From: Macrostomum lignano
Lineage: Eukaryota
Assembly (NCBI GenBank): GCA_002269645.1
Contig: NIVC01002599.1
Span: 1-64,000, forward strand
Direction: 5' to 3'
DNA: 64,000 nt
Below, piece by piece: positions 45,001-56,132 of the stretch. The stretch's first letter is position 1; each line of letters opens with the position of its first letter. Position numbers and translations under genes: made by a program. The notes under the pieces were generated by a model. That model was given only the letters and a program-made list of their open reading frames with translations, ran no database searches and had not been told where the DNA came from.

Positions 45001-48000
45001 GGCACCGCGAGTGCGTGGAGCTCCTGCTGCGAGCCGGTGCGCGGCCCGACGCCCCGACAAGCGCGCTGGGCCGCACGCCGCTCATCCTGGCCGCCCTGAA
45101 CGGCCACGCCGGCGTCGCTGCCGCCCTGCTGGCCGCCGGCGCCAACCCGAATCTGGCCGAACCGCTCCACCGCTGGACGCCGCTAGTAACGGCGGTGCAC
45201 ACCGACGCCGTCGAGGTTGTAAATGTCCTCCTGGCCGACCGGCGGACCGACGTCAACTGGCTGACCGACGACGGCACCGCTCTGGCCAAGGCGGCCGAGG
45301 CTGGCAACGTTGCCTTGGTGACGCGCTTGCTGTCGGCCGGGGCAGACGCCGACAAAGCCGACGAGGTGGACGGGCACACGCCGCTGATGTGGGCGGCCCA
45401 GTCCGGCCACGCTGGAGCCATCGAGCGCCTACTGAGCCGCGGTGCCCGGCCGGAGCGCGAGAACTCGGCCGGCCAGTCGGCCATCCTGCTGGCCGCCTGC
45501 AACGGCCATGCCGCGGCTCTGGAGCAGCTGCTGAGGCGCTCGGAAAGCAGCGCCGCGAAGCAGCAGGCGGTCAACGCCGCCATGCAGGCCGTGGCTGACG
45601 ACGCTGGCAGGCAGCTGGAGCCGGGCGTGGCTCGGCGCATTCGCAACCTGCTGGAGACGGCTCGGGAAGAGTGAGTGCTCGGTTTGTTTGCTTTTAGCTC
45701 TGCCCATAGATACGGGTCCGCGAGAATTGTGCGATGAGCTTAATCTACAGAGGGGGCACCAGCTACAGAGGGGGCACCAGCTACAGTAGGGCTGGCTAGA
45801 AAAGTCCAGGACGCTGGCTGCTTACCGACAACCTATTTTACGAGTAGAAGATAAGATTAGGCAGGAAAATCTCATAAATTCCGGGGTGAGTTCTCATGCT
45901 CTCATAGAAAGGCTTGACTAGAATGATTTTCCACTCGCAATCTTGGTGCCTAAATAAAGCTAAACAAGTCTCATTTAAATAGTCCAGACTCAGTATTATG
46001 TTCACTTGAAGTACATTTTCGGATTCAGATTGACTTCTTTTCGCGTCATAGATTTTATTTTAAATACGCTCGTAATTCTTCACCATTTCAGAGTGGTGGA
46101 GAACCAGAGCAACAATCTGGTTGGCGGTCTGGTCTCGCCAAAGTCGGGCCGCTCTGTCAGGGACAGCAGCGGAGTTCCTGGGCCAGCCGCCGCCGCTTCC
46201 GCCGCTGTCGCCGCCCCTGCAGCCCCTCCCGTAGTGAGCGGCACCATGACCCGACTGATCAGCAGCCAGACGGTGCTGCCACAGTGAGTTCTCAAAGAGG
46301 GTAGCTGAGATGCCAAAACTCTCAAAGAGGGTAGCTGAGATGCCAAAACTCTCAAAGAGGGTAGTTGAGATGCCAAAACTCTCAAAGAGGGTAGCTGAGA
46401 TGCCAAAACTCTCAAAGAGGGTAGCTGAGATGCCAAAACTCTCAAAGAGGGTAGCTGAGATGCCAAAACTCTCAAAGAGGGTAGCTGAGATGCCAAAACT
46501 CTCAAAGAGGGTAGCTGAGATGCCAAAACTCTCAAAGAGGGTAGCTGAGATGCCAAAACTCTCAAAGAGGGTAGCTGAGATGCCAAAACTCTCAAAGAGG
46601 GTAGCTGAGATGCCAAAACTCTCAAGGAGGGTAGCTGAGATGCCAAAACTCTCAAAGAGGGTTGCTGAGATGCCAAAACTCTCAAAGAGGGTAGCTGAGA
46701 TGCCAAAACTCTCAAAGAGGGTTGCTGAGATGCCAAAACTCTCAAAGAGGGTAGCTGAGATGCCAAAACTCTCAAAGAGGGTAGCTGAGATGCCAAAACT
46801 CTCAAAGAGGGTAGCTGAGATGCCAAAACTCTCAAAGAGGGTAGCTGAGATGCCAAAACTCTCAAAGAGGGTAGCTGAGATGCCAAAACTCTCAAAGAGG
46901 GTAGCTGAGATGCCAAAACTCTCAAAGAGGGTAGCTGAGATGCCAAAACTCTCAAAGAGGGTAGCTGAGATGCCAAAACTCTCAAAGAGGGTAGCTGAGA
47001 TGCCAAAACTCTCAAAGAGGGTAGCTGAGATGCCAAAACTCTCAAAGAGGGTAGCTGAGATGCCAAAACTCTCAAAGAGGGTAGCTGAGATGCCAAAACT
47101 CTCAAAGAGGGTAGCTGAGATGCCAAAACTCTCAAAGAGGGTAGCTGAGATGCCAAAACTCTCAAAGAGGGTTGCTGAGATGCCAAAACTCTCAAGGAGG
47201 GTAGCTGAGATGCCAAAACTCTCAAAGAGGGTTGCTGAGATGCCAAAACTCTCAAAGAGGGTAGCTGAGATGCCAAAACTCTCAAAGAGGGTAGCTGAGA
47301 TGCCAAAACTCTCAAAGAGGGTAGCTGAGATGCCAAAACTCTCAAAGAGGGTAGCTGAGATGCCAAAACTCTCAAAGAGGGTAGCTGAGATGCCAAAACT
47401 CTCAAAGAGGGTAGCTGAGATGCCAAAACTCTCAAAGAGGGTAGCTGAGATGCCAAAACTCTCAAAGAGGGTAGCTGAGATGCCAAAACTCTCAAAGAGG
47501 GTAGCTGAGATGCCAAAACTCTCAAAGAGGGTAGCTGAGATGCCAAAACTCTCAAAGAGGGTAGCTGAGATGCCAAAACTCTCAAAGAGGGTAGCTGAGA
47601 TGCCAAAACTCTCAAAGAGGGTAGCTGAGATGCCAAAACTCTCAAAGAGGGTAGCTGAGATGCCAAAACTCTCAAAGAGGGTAGCTGAGATGCCAAAACT
47701 CTCAAAGAGGGTAGTTGAGATGCCAAAACTCTCAAAGAGGGTAGCTGAGATGCCAAAACTCTCAAAGAGGGTAGCTGAGATGCCAAAACTCTCAAAGAGG
47801 GTAGCTGAGATGCCAAAACTCTCAAAGAGGGTTGCTGAGATGCCAAAACTCTCAAAGAGGGTAGCTGAGATGCCAAAACTCTCAAAGAGGGTAGCTGAGA
47901 TGCCAAAACTCTCAAAGAGGGTAGCTGAGATGCCAAAACTCTCAAAGAGGGTAGCTGAGATGCCAAAACTCTCAAAGAGGGTAGCTGAGATGCCAAAACT

Positions 48001-51000
48001 CTCAAAGAGGGTAGCTGAGATGCCAAACTCTCAAAGAGGGTAGCTGAGATGCCAAAACTCTCAAGGAGGGTAGCTGAGATGCCAAAACTCTCAAGGAGGG
48101 TAGCTGAGATGCCAAAACTCTCAAAGAGGGTTGCTGAGATGCCAAAACTCTCAAAGAGGGTAGCTGAGATGCCAAAACTCTCAAAGAGGGTAGCTGAGAT
48201 GCCAAAACTCGTAGAAAAAGTACAAAGATCTTTCACTCGCAATTGCTAAAACCTAAGTTCCGATTTTTTATCGCCATTTTCATCCCCAGCGGCTTCCTGC
48301 AGAGCCTGGACATCCGCCGCGACACCCTTCGGTACCTGAGCCAAGGTCATTTCGGCTGCGTCTACCAAGCCCAGCGCGCTGACGGTCACTACGTGGTGCT
48401 CAAAGTGGTGTCCGCTCCATTTCGGCCCAACCAGCCTGACCAGGCTAGCTCAGTCTCCGAGGCCAACCGGCGCGAGGTCGAACTGATGCAGGCGATGAGG
48501 CACCGGAACATTGTGCAGTTCTACACCGCCCAGCTGGTGCCCGGCTCGCTCGTCATCTGCATGGAGTACATCCACGGCGAGAACCTCCGGCTGTACAGGC
48601 AGCGCCTCGGCAGCCTGGCAGAGTCATTGATCGTCAATTACCTGAGCCAGATCTGCCACGGCCTGAACTATGTGCACAGCCAGAATGTCTGTCATCGCGA
48701 TGTCAAGTGCGAGAACATCATGCTGCAGCTGTCCACCGGCCTGGTGAAGATCATTGACTTCGGCTTGTCAAAGAAGATTCACGCCACTGAAGTGTACCAT
48801 TCAGGAGTTGGCACCCTGCTGTGGATGGCCCCGGAGGTGCTGCTATTTGCCGAGGATCCGACACGTCGTCGGCGGCGCTACGACCCGAAGGCCGCCGATG
48901 TGTACTCGCTCGGCTGCAGCCTGCACGAGCTGTGCACCGGGGTGCCGCCGCTGTACAGCGAGGAGGGCCCGGGCTTCCTCAAGTGCCTGTACCACGCCAA
49001 GCGGACCGATGAGCCGCTGCCGAGGACGCCCTGCTGCGCTGCGGCATGAGCCAGAGCCTCCGCTCCTTCTATGCGGCCTGCGTAGCCAAGAATCCATTGG
49101 CCAGGCCGACCCTGCCGCAGCTGCTGGCGCATCCCCTCATTGTTGGAGCCGCCTACTGACTCCTCTATTTAATGTATTGTTGCCGACTGACGGACCTTGG
49201 CGTTCACGAGTTCTATTAGAAATTCTGTTATTCAGACTGTACGGCTTTTTATTGAGAAATTTATTCCAGCTGCAGATGCTAAAATATACAGCTCGAATTT
49301 ATTGTTGGCTTGCTATCTTATAACTGATAGAATTCAATGGAGAGTGACAGTATTATCAGATATTTACAGTACTATCAACAGTACTATCAACAGACTATCT
49401 ACAGTGCTATCTACAGTACTATCTACAGTACTATCAACAGACTATCTACAGTGCTATCTACAGTACTATCTACAGTACTATCAACAGACTATCTACAGTA
49501 CTATCTATACAGTACTATCTACAGTACTATCTACAGTACTATCAACAGACTATCTACAGTGCTATCTACAGTACTATCTACAGTACTATCAACAGACTAT
49601 CTACAGTACTATCTATACAGTACTATCTACAGTACTATCTACAGTGCTATCTACAGTACTATCTACAGTGCTATCTACAGTACTATCTACAGTGCTATCT
49701 ACAGTACTATCAACAGACTATCTACAGTGCTATCTATACAGTACTATCTACAGTACTATCAACAGACTATCTACAGTACTATCTATACAGTACTATCTAC
49801 AGTACTATCTACAGTACTATCTACAGTACTATCTACAGTGCTATCTACAGTACTATCTACAGTGCTATCTACAGTACTATCAACAGACTATCTACAGTGC
49901 TATCTATACAGTACTATCTACAGTACTATCTACAGTACTATCTACAGTGCTATCTACAGTACTATCTACAGTACTATCTACAGTACTGTCTACAGTACTA
50001 TCTACAGTATTATCTACAGTGCTATTTACAGCACTATCTACAGTAATATTTACAGCAGTATACATCGACTATGATTATGATCAATTATGATATCTGCGGG
50101 CAGAGCAGCCCCGGCAGTTCGTGCAGTTCACAGCCATGAGGGCCAACCCCCAAGGCACAGAGAGTGTACATGCCTGACGGTTAGAAAGTCAGGGCCACTG
50201 TACACCCCGTGTGTGAGTTCCTATTATGATTTATTTTTAAAAAACTTAAATTTACTGCCAAGGCATAATAAAAGTTGCCGCCGAATCTCCACGCAGCCAC
50301 CTGCCGTTCGGTGACCTGCAGCTGGGACAAGGGCCAGCTGTGCCTGGTAAACATCCAGGACCTGCCAATCTGCAGCTGCGTCACCAACGATCGCTGCCTC
50401 GCAGAACGGCGCAGACTTCGTCAACGCCGACGCAACGGACGTCGCCGATCGGGAAGGCGTCGAGGTCGTCGGCGGCCGCGTCGCAACGGTTTGGACGGCC
50501 GGTCGAATGTCACGACGACGGAGTCGACGCCGCTGATGAAGCGGCAGTTCTTTGGCCGGGTCTGCGCCCTGCTGAGCGGCCTGCCTGCCGAGCGCAGCTA
50601 CACCAGCCTCTGCCACATGCAGGCCGCCGCCTGCGCCAGCGACTCGCAGGTGAGCAGTCAGGGCGGCTGGATTCTCGAGAGTCAATTTGAGAACAGCACT
50701 GATTCTGTTTGAGAACAGCACAGATTCTGTTTGAGAACAGCACAGATTCTGTTTGAGAACAGCACTGATTCTGTTTGAGAACAGCACTGATTCTGTTTGA
50801 GAACAGCACTGATTCTGTTTGAGAACAGCACAGATTCTGTTTGAGAACAGCACTGATTCTGTTTGAGAACAGGCCTAAATATGCTTATAAAGAGCAATAA
50901 ATCTGTTGAAAACAGTTTTTTAAGCCTAGATTAAAATCCCCCAAGGGAGAATCGCCCCAAAGCACAGGTGAGAATCGCCCCAAAGCACAGGTGAGAATCG

Positions 51001-51877
51001 CCCCAAAGCACAGGTGAGAATCGCCCCAAAGCACAGGCAGAATCGCCCCAAAGCACAGGTGAGAATCACCCCAAAGCACAGTGAGAATCGCCTCAAAGCA
51101 CAGGTGAGAATCACCCCAAAGCACAGGTGAGAATCGCCCCAAAACACAGGTGAGAATCACCCCAAAGCACAGGTGAGAATCGCCCCAAAGCACAGGTGAG
51201 AATCGCCCCAAAGCACAGGTGAGAATCACCCCAAAACACAGGTGAGAATCGCCTCAAAGCACAGGTGAGAATCACCCCAAAGCACAGGTGCGAATCGCCT
51301 CAAAGCACAGGCAGAATCGCCTCAAAGCACAGGTGAGAATCACCCCAAAGCACAGGTGAGAATCGCCTCAAAGCACAGGTGAGAATCACCCCAAAGCACA
51401 GGTGAGAATCGCCTCAAAGCACAGGTGAGAATCGCCCCAAAGCACAGGTGAGAATCACCCCAAAGCACAGGTGAGAATCGCCCCAAAACACAGGCAGAAT
51501 CGCCCCAAAGCACAGGTGAGAATCGCCCCAAAGCACAGGTGAGAATCACCCCAAAGCACAAATGAGAATCACCCCAAAGCACAGGTGAGAATCACTCAAA
51601 GCCCATGTGAGAATCCTTCTGTCACTGCAAGAAAATCAAATTACAGTCTCAGCCAAGACAATTCACATTCAACCCAAAACTGAAAACAACTCCAATTAAG
51701 GTTCTGCGCCTGTCCAATGGCGCCTGCTCCAATCACGACCCGGAGTCGGAGGCCCTGGAGACTCTCACTAATCAAACGTGCGCCAGATGCCAGGCGCGCG
51801 GTTGGCGCGGCAGAGGCTGCAAAAAATGGCGCCGCAAATGCCGGAGGCCGCCGGTTCTGTCAAGTGACGAATTCTGA
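42096..51877 (+). CDS. Secreted follistatin (FOLN+Kazal)-domain protein, about 403 aa; proposed exons 42096-42777, 50297-50649, 51701-51877
   Basis: Exon 1 has a signal-peptide-like MLLLRALILALPAAAALA and a phase-1 donor g|gtaggt. Exon 2 has a phase-1 acceptor and TCRSVTC...C...PICSC...C...RVCA...SYTSLCHMQAAAC. Exon 3 completes the Kazal motif (VLRLSNGAC). The total of 1212 nt is in frame. The exon 2-3 join is well supported; the exon 1-2 join is inferred. Confidence 0.6.
42962..43186 (-). mobile_element. tRNA-derived SINE family 2, copy A
   Basis: The minus strand reads gcagagcagctcgcggcaaagg...ggttcgattccgtgcgc...cacagccatgagggccaacccc...gtcagggccgctgttcaccctgtgtgag. This is shared with the copies at 50100 and 55541. 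Confidence 0.8.
44325..49159 (+). CDS. Ankyrin-repeat Ser/Thr kinase (STE11/MAP3K-like catalytic domain), about 802 aa; exons 44325-45670, 46092-46283, 48290-49159; frameshift near 49020
   Basis: About 10 ankyrin repeats (TPLLAAV, GHxxxVxLLL). A donor ga|gtgagt overlaps the apparent stop at 45672, and the phase-2 joins fit. Kinase motifs: QGHFGCVY, VVLK, HRDVKCEN, IIDFG, GTLLWMAPE, DVYSLG. Subdomain XI (CVAKNPLARPTLPQLLAHP) lies in the next frame. The total is 2409 nt if one base is restored. Confidence 0.85.
46290..48210 (+). repeat. Highly homogeneous 30-bp intronic array (ctcaaagagggtagctgagatgccaaaact), about 64 copies
   Basis: Read directly. It fills almost all of intron 46284-48289. 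Confidence 0.98.
49355..50062 (+). repeat. 12-bp array (tacagtactatc) with variants
   Basis: Read directly from the sequence. Confidence 0.95.
50100..50218 (+). mobile_element. SINE family 2, copy B, internally deleted
   Basis: It keeps the 5' gcagagcagc and the 3' body cacagccatgagggcc...gtcagggcc but lacks the B-box region. Confidence 0.7.
50688..50872 (+). repeat. 22-bp intronic array (gagaacagcactgattctgttt), about 8 copies
   Basis: Read directly from the sequence. Confidence 0.93.
50947..51600 (+). repeat. 23-bp intronic array (gagaatcgccccaaagcacaggt), about 28 copies
   Basis: Period measured at 50947, 50970 and 50993. Confidence 0.95.
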
Positions 51878-52659
51878 GCAGTTCTGACTGCATCCTGGAG
51901 TCTGGTTGGCATCAAAAGTGAATAAAATTCTTATTTGTTGTGAAGTTTCTTTTCCTGTTGTGTGCAGTTAAACAAAACTAATTAAAATAATTATTTTTCG
52001 CCCTAGTAGAAATGTAGCAAAGGCCGAGATGCACTAGCGAGATAGGAATTGTTAGCACTTAAATTAAAAAATTGTCTGTGGTTGAAACCCCAATTATTGC
52101 AATACAATATTCTACATGTAATGTAAAAACTTTAAAAATTCGAATTCCCTAACTCGCTAGACGCTAGTGCAGTTTGAGTTTGAAATGAAATTAAGTTGGC
52201 CTTCAAATAAACTTCCCTTTCTCTTACTACCTGACTGGAATGAGGAAATCCTTTAGCAGGCTATTGATGATTGCCAATGAAAGAGATGAGAGAGAAGAGA
52301 GAAGAGAGCTGAGACGAGAGACAAGCCTTGAGCGGGCCTGGATTGCTATTGTGAAGTTTCAAAGTACCCGAGGGCTGGCCGGAGTTTAGAGCGTGAATTA
52401 AAGTCGGTCACAGTCATTATTTAATATTTATCTATCTATTTATTTATTTATTCATTTATTTTTTCACATAAGTCGACAACTCTCAGCCACAGATCTCTGA
52501 AACACTGCATGAATGGGCAAATTTTTTAGTTACTGATGATACTACTTACATTTGGGCGTCTGTTTAGAGTTTTGTCGTGATAGATTTGCGTTTCAAAAAG
52601 TTACTCAGCAGTCAAGCGAAATCTGCGTTCGGGAGTTTAAATATTGACTGCCGGCCATA

Positions 52660-53242
52660 GGTTAGGGTGGTTTAGGCTAGAGCTATGTTAAAGTTTAGGT
52701 TAGAGTTTATTTTAGGGTTTAGGTTAGGGTTTAGGTTAGGTTTTGAGTCAGAATTTAAGTTAGGGTTACAGTTTAGGTTAAGGTTAGAGTTTAGGTCAGG
52801 GTTACAGTTTAGGTTAAGGTTAGAGTTTAGGTCAGGGTTACAGTTTAGGTTAAGGTTAGAGTTTAGGTCAGGGTTACAGTTTAGGTTAAGGTTAGAGTTT
52901 AGGTCAGGGTTACAGTTTAGGTTAAGGTTAGAGTTTAGGTCAGGGTTACAGTTTAGGTTAAGGTTAGAGTTTAGGTCAGGGTTACAGTTTAGGTTAAGGT
53001 TAGAGTTTAGGTCAGGGTTACAGTTTAGGTTAGGGTTAGGTTGGGGTTAGGGTTAGGGTTTTGGTTAGGGTTAGTGTTTAGGTTAGAGTTTAGGTTAGGG
53101 TTTAGGTTAGGTTTAAAGTTTAGGTTAGGGTTTAGGTTAGGGTTAGAGTTTAGGTTAGGGTTTAGGTTAGGTTTAAAGTTTAGGTTAGGGTTTAGGTTAG
53201 GGTTAGAGTTTAGGTTAGGGTTTAGGTTGGAGCTTAGGTTGG
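52660..53242 (+). repeat. Interstitial degenerate telomere-like (TTAGGG-derived) array with a 36-bp higher-order unit
   Basis: The unit gggttacagtttaggttaaggttagagtttaggtca occurs about 7-8 times. Canonical ttagggttaggg is present near 53030-53060. Confidence 0.85.
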
Positions 53243-53767
53243 GCCCATGGTCGGCAGTCAATTTGGGGTAGTTGATTTTTTGACAAATCGATTTTTCCGA
53301 GCTTTGGTGACGACTTCTTGTCAGGAACTATTAGCTTTGTAACTGAGGTAGAGGATGATTGCATCTAGCTGCAGTGTTTCTAGATCTGTGCTTTGAATCC
53401 ACTAATTTCACCGAAAGAATATAGCTGTCTAAATTTAGTGAAACTCGCAACATTTTTTGTTAAAAATTGCCTAACAACTTCTATAGCATAACAGCAGCCC
53501 GTTTCCACCCCAGTTGCAAACCCTAGCAAACATGCAGCTGTGCATCACCCACATAATCTTTCTATTTTAAAACAAATCGCCAAGTTTTTGTGTAAATTCA
53601 TGTTCGCTTGTGATTTTTTTGTTTCGCCTTGTTGTAGGAAAGCAAACAAAAATATAAGAAACAGCAGCAACAACATCTTTGAACCATCTTTTTGTTGCAT
53701 GAGACATCTGCAAAACTTTTTTTGTTTCATGTTGTCCTTCTAAACAGTTGGAGTGAAAGCATGGAGG

Positions 53768-54211
53768 AGTCAGTCAGTCAGTCAGTCAGTCAGTCAGTCA
53801 GTCAGTCAGTCAGTCAGTCAGTCAGTCAGTCAGTCAGTCAGTCAGTCAGTCAGTCAGTCAGTCAGTCAGTCAGTCAGTCAGTCAGTCAGTCAGTCAGTCA
53901 GTCAGTCAGTCAGTCAGTCAGTCAGTCAGTCAGTCAGTCAGTCAGTCAGTCAGTCAGTCAGTCAGTCAGTCAGTCAGTCAGTCAGTCAGTCAGTCAGTCA
54001 GTCAGTCAGTCAGTCAGTCAGTCAGTCAGTCAGTCAGTCAGTCAGTCAGTCAGTCAGTCAGTCAGTCAGTCAGTCAGTCAGTCAGTCAGTCAGTCAGTCA
54101 GTCAGTCAGTCAGTCAGTCAGTCAGTCAGTCAGTCAGTCAGTCAGTCAGTCAGTCAGTCAGTCAGTCAGTCAGTCAGTCAGTCAGTCAGTCAGTTAGTCA
54201 GTCAGTCAGTC
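53768..54211 (+). repeat. (GTCA)n microsatellite, about 110 copies
   Basis: Read directly from the sequence. Confidence 0.98.
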
Positions 54212-54467
54212 ATCTACCTAATTTCTACAAAAAGCAAGTGCAGCGTTTGAGTGAGTTGTTCGGCGTTCAGTTTTGTTGTTGTAAAAAGCATCATCTAACA
54301 CGAGAAACGAAAATATTGAACGCATCATTTAGGCTTGTTGAGGTGTTGAAACTTGTTATATTTTACACACAAAAGGATCAGCTTGGCCAACAGTAACCAA
54401 TTATTAACCAATCGTATTGTTTTCTCTATAATAAAGGGTTTTCAGTCATTTAGTATATTTATCCAAT

Positions 54468-54862
54468 TCAGACCAGGGCCATAGCTGGGCACATCTGCAC
54501 GGCTACCTTAGGCAGGGTGCCAGTCTTTCCCAGGGACTCCAGGCACCAGCTGTTGGCGCAGCCCAGAAGGTCAACTTCCTGCAATTTTTTAAATATTGGC
54601 GATTTTAATTAAACAAATTCTATTCAAATAGCAGAGCATCATTGCTCAGATCTGTGCTCACCTTGCCCTCGCCGTGGAAGCAATAGTTGCAGACGAACAG
54701 GCAGCGCTGCCAGCCGGACATCTCGGCGAAGTGCTCCGTCTCAATGCCCTCGGGTACGCCGCCGGCTGAACCACCACCCGAACGGACGGTGAAGGCCTGG
54801 CAGCCGATGGCAGCGGCCAGGAGCAGGCAGGCGATGGCGGACAGGCAGGGGAGCTGGCTCAT
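54468..54862 (-). CDS. Secreted six-cysteine neuropeptide precursor, eclosion-hormone-like framework, 103 aa; exons 54862-54662 and 54578-54468
   Basis: Signal peptide MSQLPCLSAIACLLLAAAIGCQA. The phase-0 GT-AG intron (aag|gtgagc...ttgcag|gaa) gives WQRCLFVCNYCFHGEGK-EVDLLGCANSWCLESLGKTGTLPKVAVQMCPAMALV. Confidence 0.75.
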
Positions 54863-55540
54863 GCTGATGCGCTTGGCGAGAGTCTTGCGATTAGCGGTAA
54901 AAATGCTTTGCTTGCAATAGCGACTCGGTCCGGGAGCTGAGCGATCGACACTGTGAGCTGGCCGTCCAGCCGGCGCCGGTGCTGCTCCTTTTAAGCGGCC
55001 ACTTCCCCACCCCCATCCATGATTTCTTGGTCACGAGTCGGTATAGCGATGCTCCGCTGAGCAGGAAGTGGAGCAGGTCTTGGGGCAATTTTTTGGGTCC
55101 TGATTGCTCTCTTCCTATAAGCTGCAGCCTCCTCAGTTGCCCCGGGGCTGGGCATGTATAATTGCATCGGTATCTTTGAAGCAACTGAGCTACGCCGAGC
55201 TTTTTCGAGCATACTCTCGAAAGCAATTTATAAACCGCTTTCGGCTGGATAAATTTGGAAATGCAGATTTCTCATAATTACAATTATTCCCTTCCCTGAC
55301 GGAATTGCCTCAGGTCAGGTTGGTGAGGCAGGTCTTCTAGAACGGAAGGTTTTTTGTTTCCTGCAATTTTCTTGCTAGTTTTTTCAAAGAGCGAGTGGCA
55401 GCTATAAATATACACTGTGACTCACTTCAGTCTCAAGTATTGAGCTGTTCTTGAATTGGAAGATGACACGATATGGCACTGCACAATATACACGCTATTA
55501 CAGATTATAGGTAAATTTAAACTTCATGTAGCGGGAGGTG

Positions 55541-55750
55541 GCAAAGCAGCTCAGTGTGGTCAACGGTCTGACTCTCGCTCTGCGACCCCAGGTTTGATCC
55601 CGTGCGCAAGCACATTGATTCGGGGTTGAACTCGGTTGTCGTGCGGTTCACAGCCATGAGGACCAATCCCCAAGGCACAGAGAGTGTACATGCCTGACGA
55701 ATAAAAAAGTCAGGGCCGCTGTTCACCCTGTGTGAGCGTGTGTGTGAGTG
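55541..55750 (+). mobile_element. SINE family 2, copy C
   Basis: tRNA-like head gcagctcagtgtggtcaa...ggtttgatccc and the same 3' body as copies A and B. Confidence 0.8.
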
Positions 55751-56132
55751 CGTGCCTGCGTACAGTATTGGCGCGCTTGTGTGCTCAGGAGTCACGATGA
55801 CGTTGTGTGACCATGTCGCCAAAGGCGTTTTGCCAGGATGCCTGCAAGCCTTCTTTATTAATGTTACGCGGTACTGTATTATACATTACTTCATTTATTA
55901 GCGACCGCAATGTTTATCGGTTATTTTGTCGGATATACAGTACATACGCACACCCGCGCACAGATTCTTCGGAAGTCTTGGCCACAGACATTTTGCAGAA
56001 TTAGCTGCAATCTGAGAATTCTCGTTCGCTCATTCATAGGCAAGAAAGCAGAGCAAGCCTGGCAGCGCTGATTCCATAACTCAAAAATCTGTTGGAACAG
56101 CTGTCTGCAGCTCCTCAAAGTACACTTAAATT

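Noticed and set aside
46080-48249. 577-aa (+) and 720-aa (-) ORFs
   Set aside because: They are translations of a stop-free 30-bp array that lies inside a GT-AG intron of the ankyrin-kinase gene.
53545-53730. Candidate second exon for the neuropeptide
   Set aside because: The phase-0 reading has no fitting cysteine pattern, and 54578-54468 fits exactly.
49197-54396. ORFs over the 12-, 22-, 23- and 36-bp arrays and (GTCA)n
   Set aside because: They are repeat artefacts.
55690-55720. Hammerhead ribozyme core (ctgacga) in SINE family 2
   Set aside because: The motif is not conserved in the other copies, ctgac pairs with gtcag, and there is no stem II followed by GAAA.
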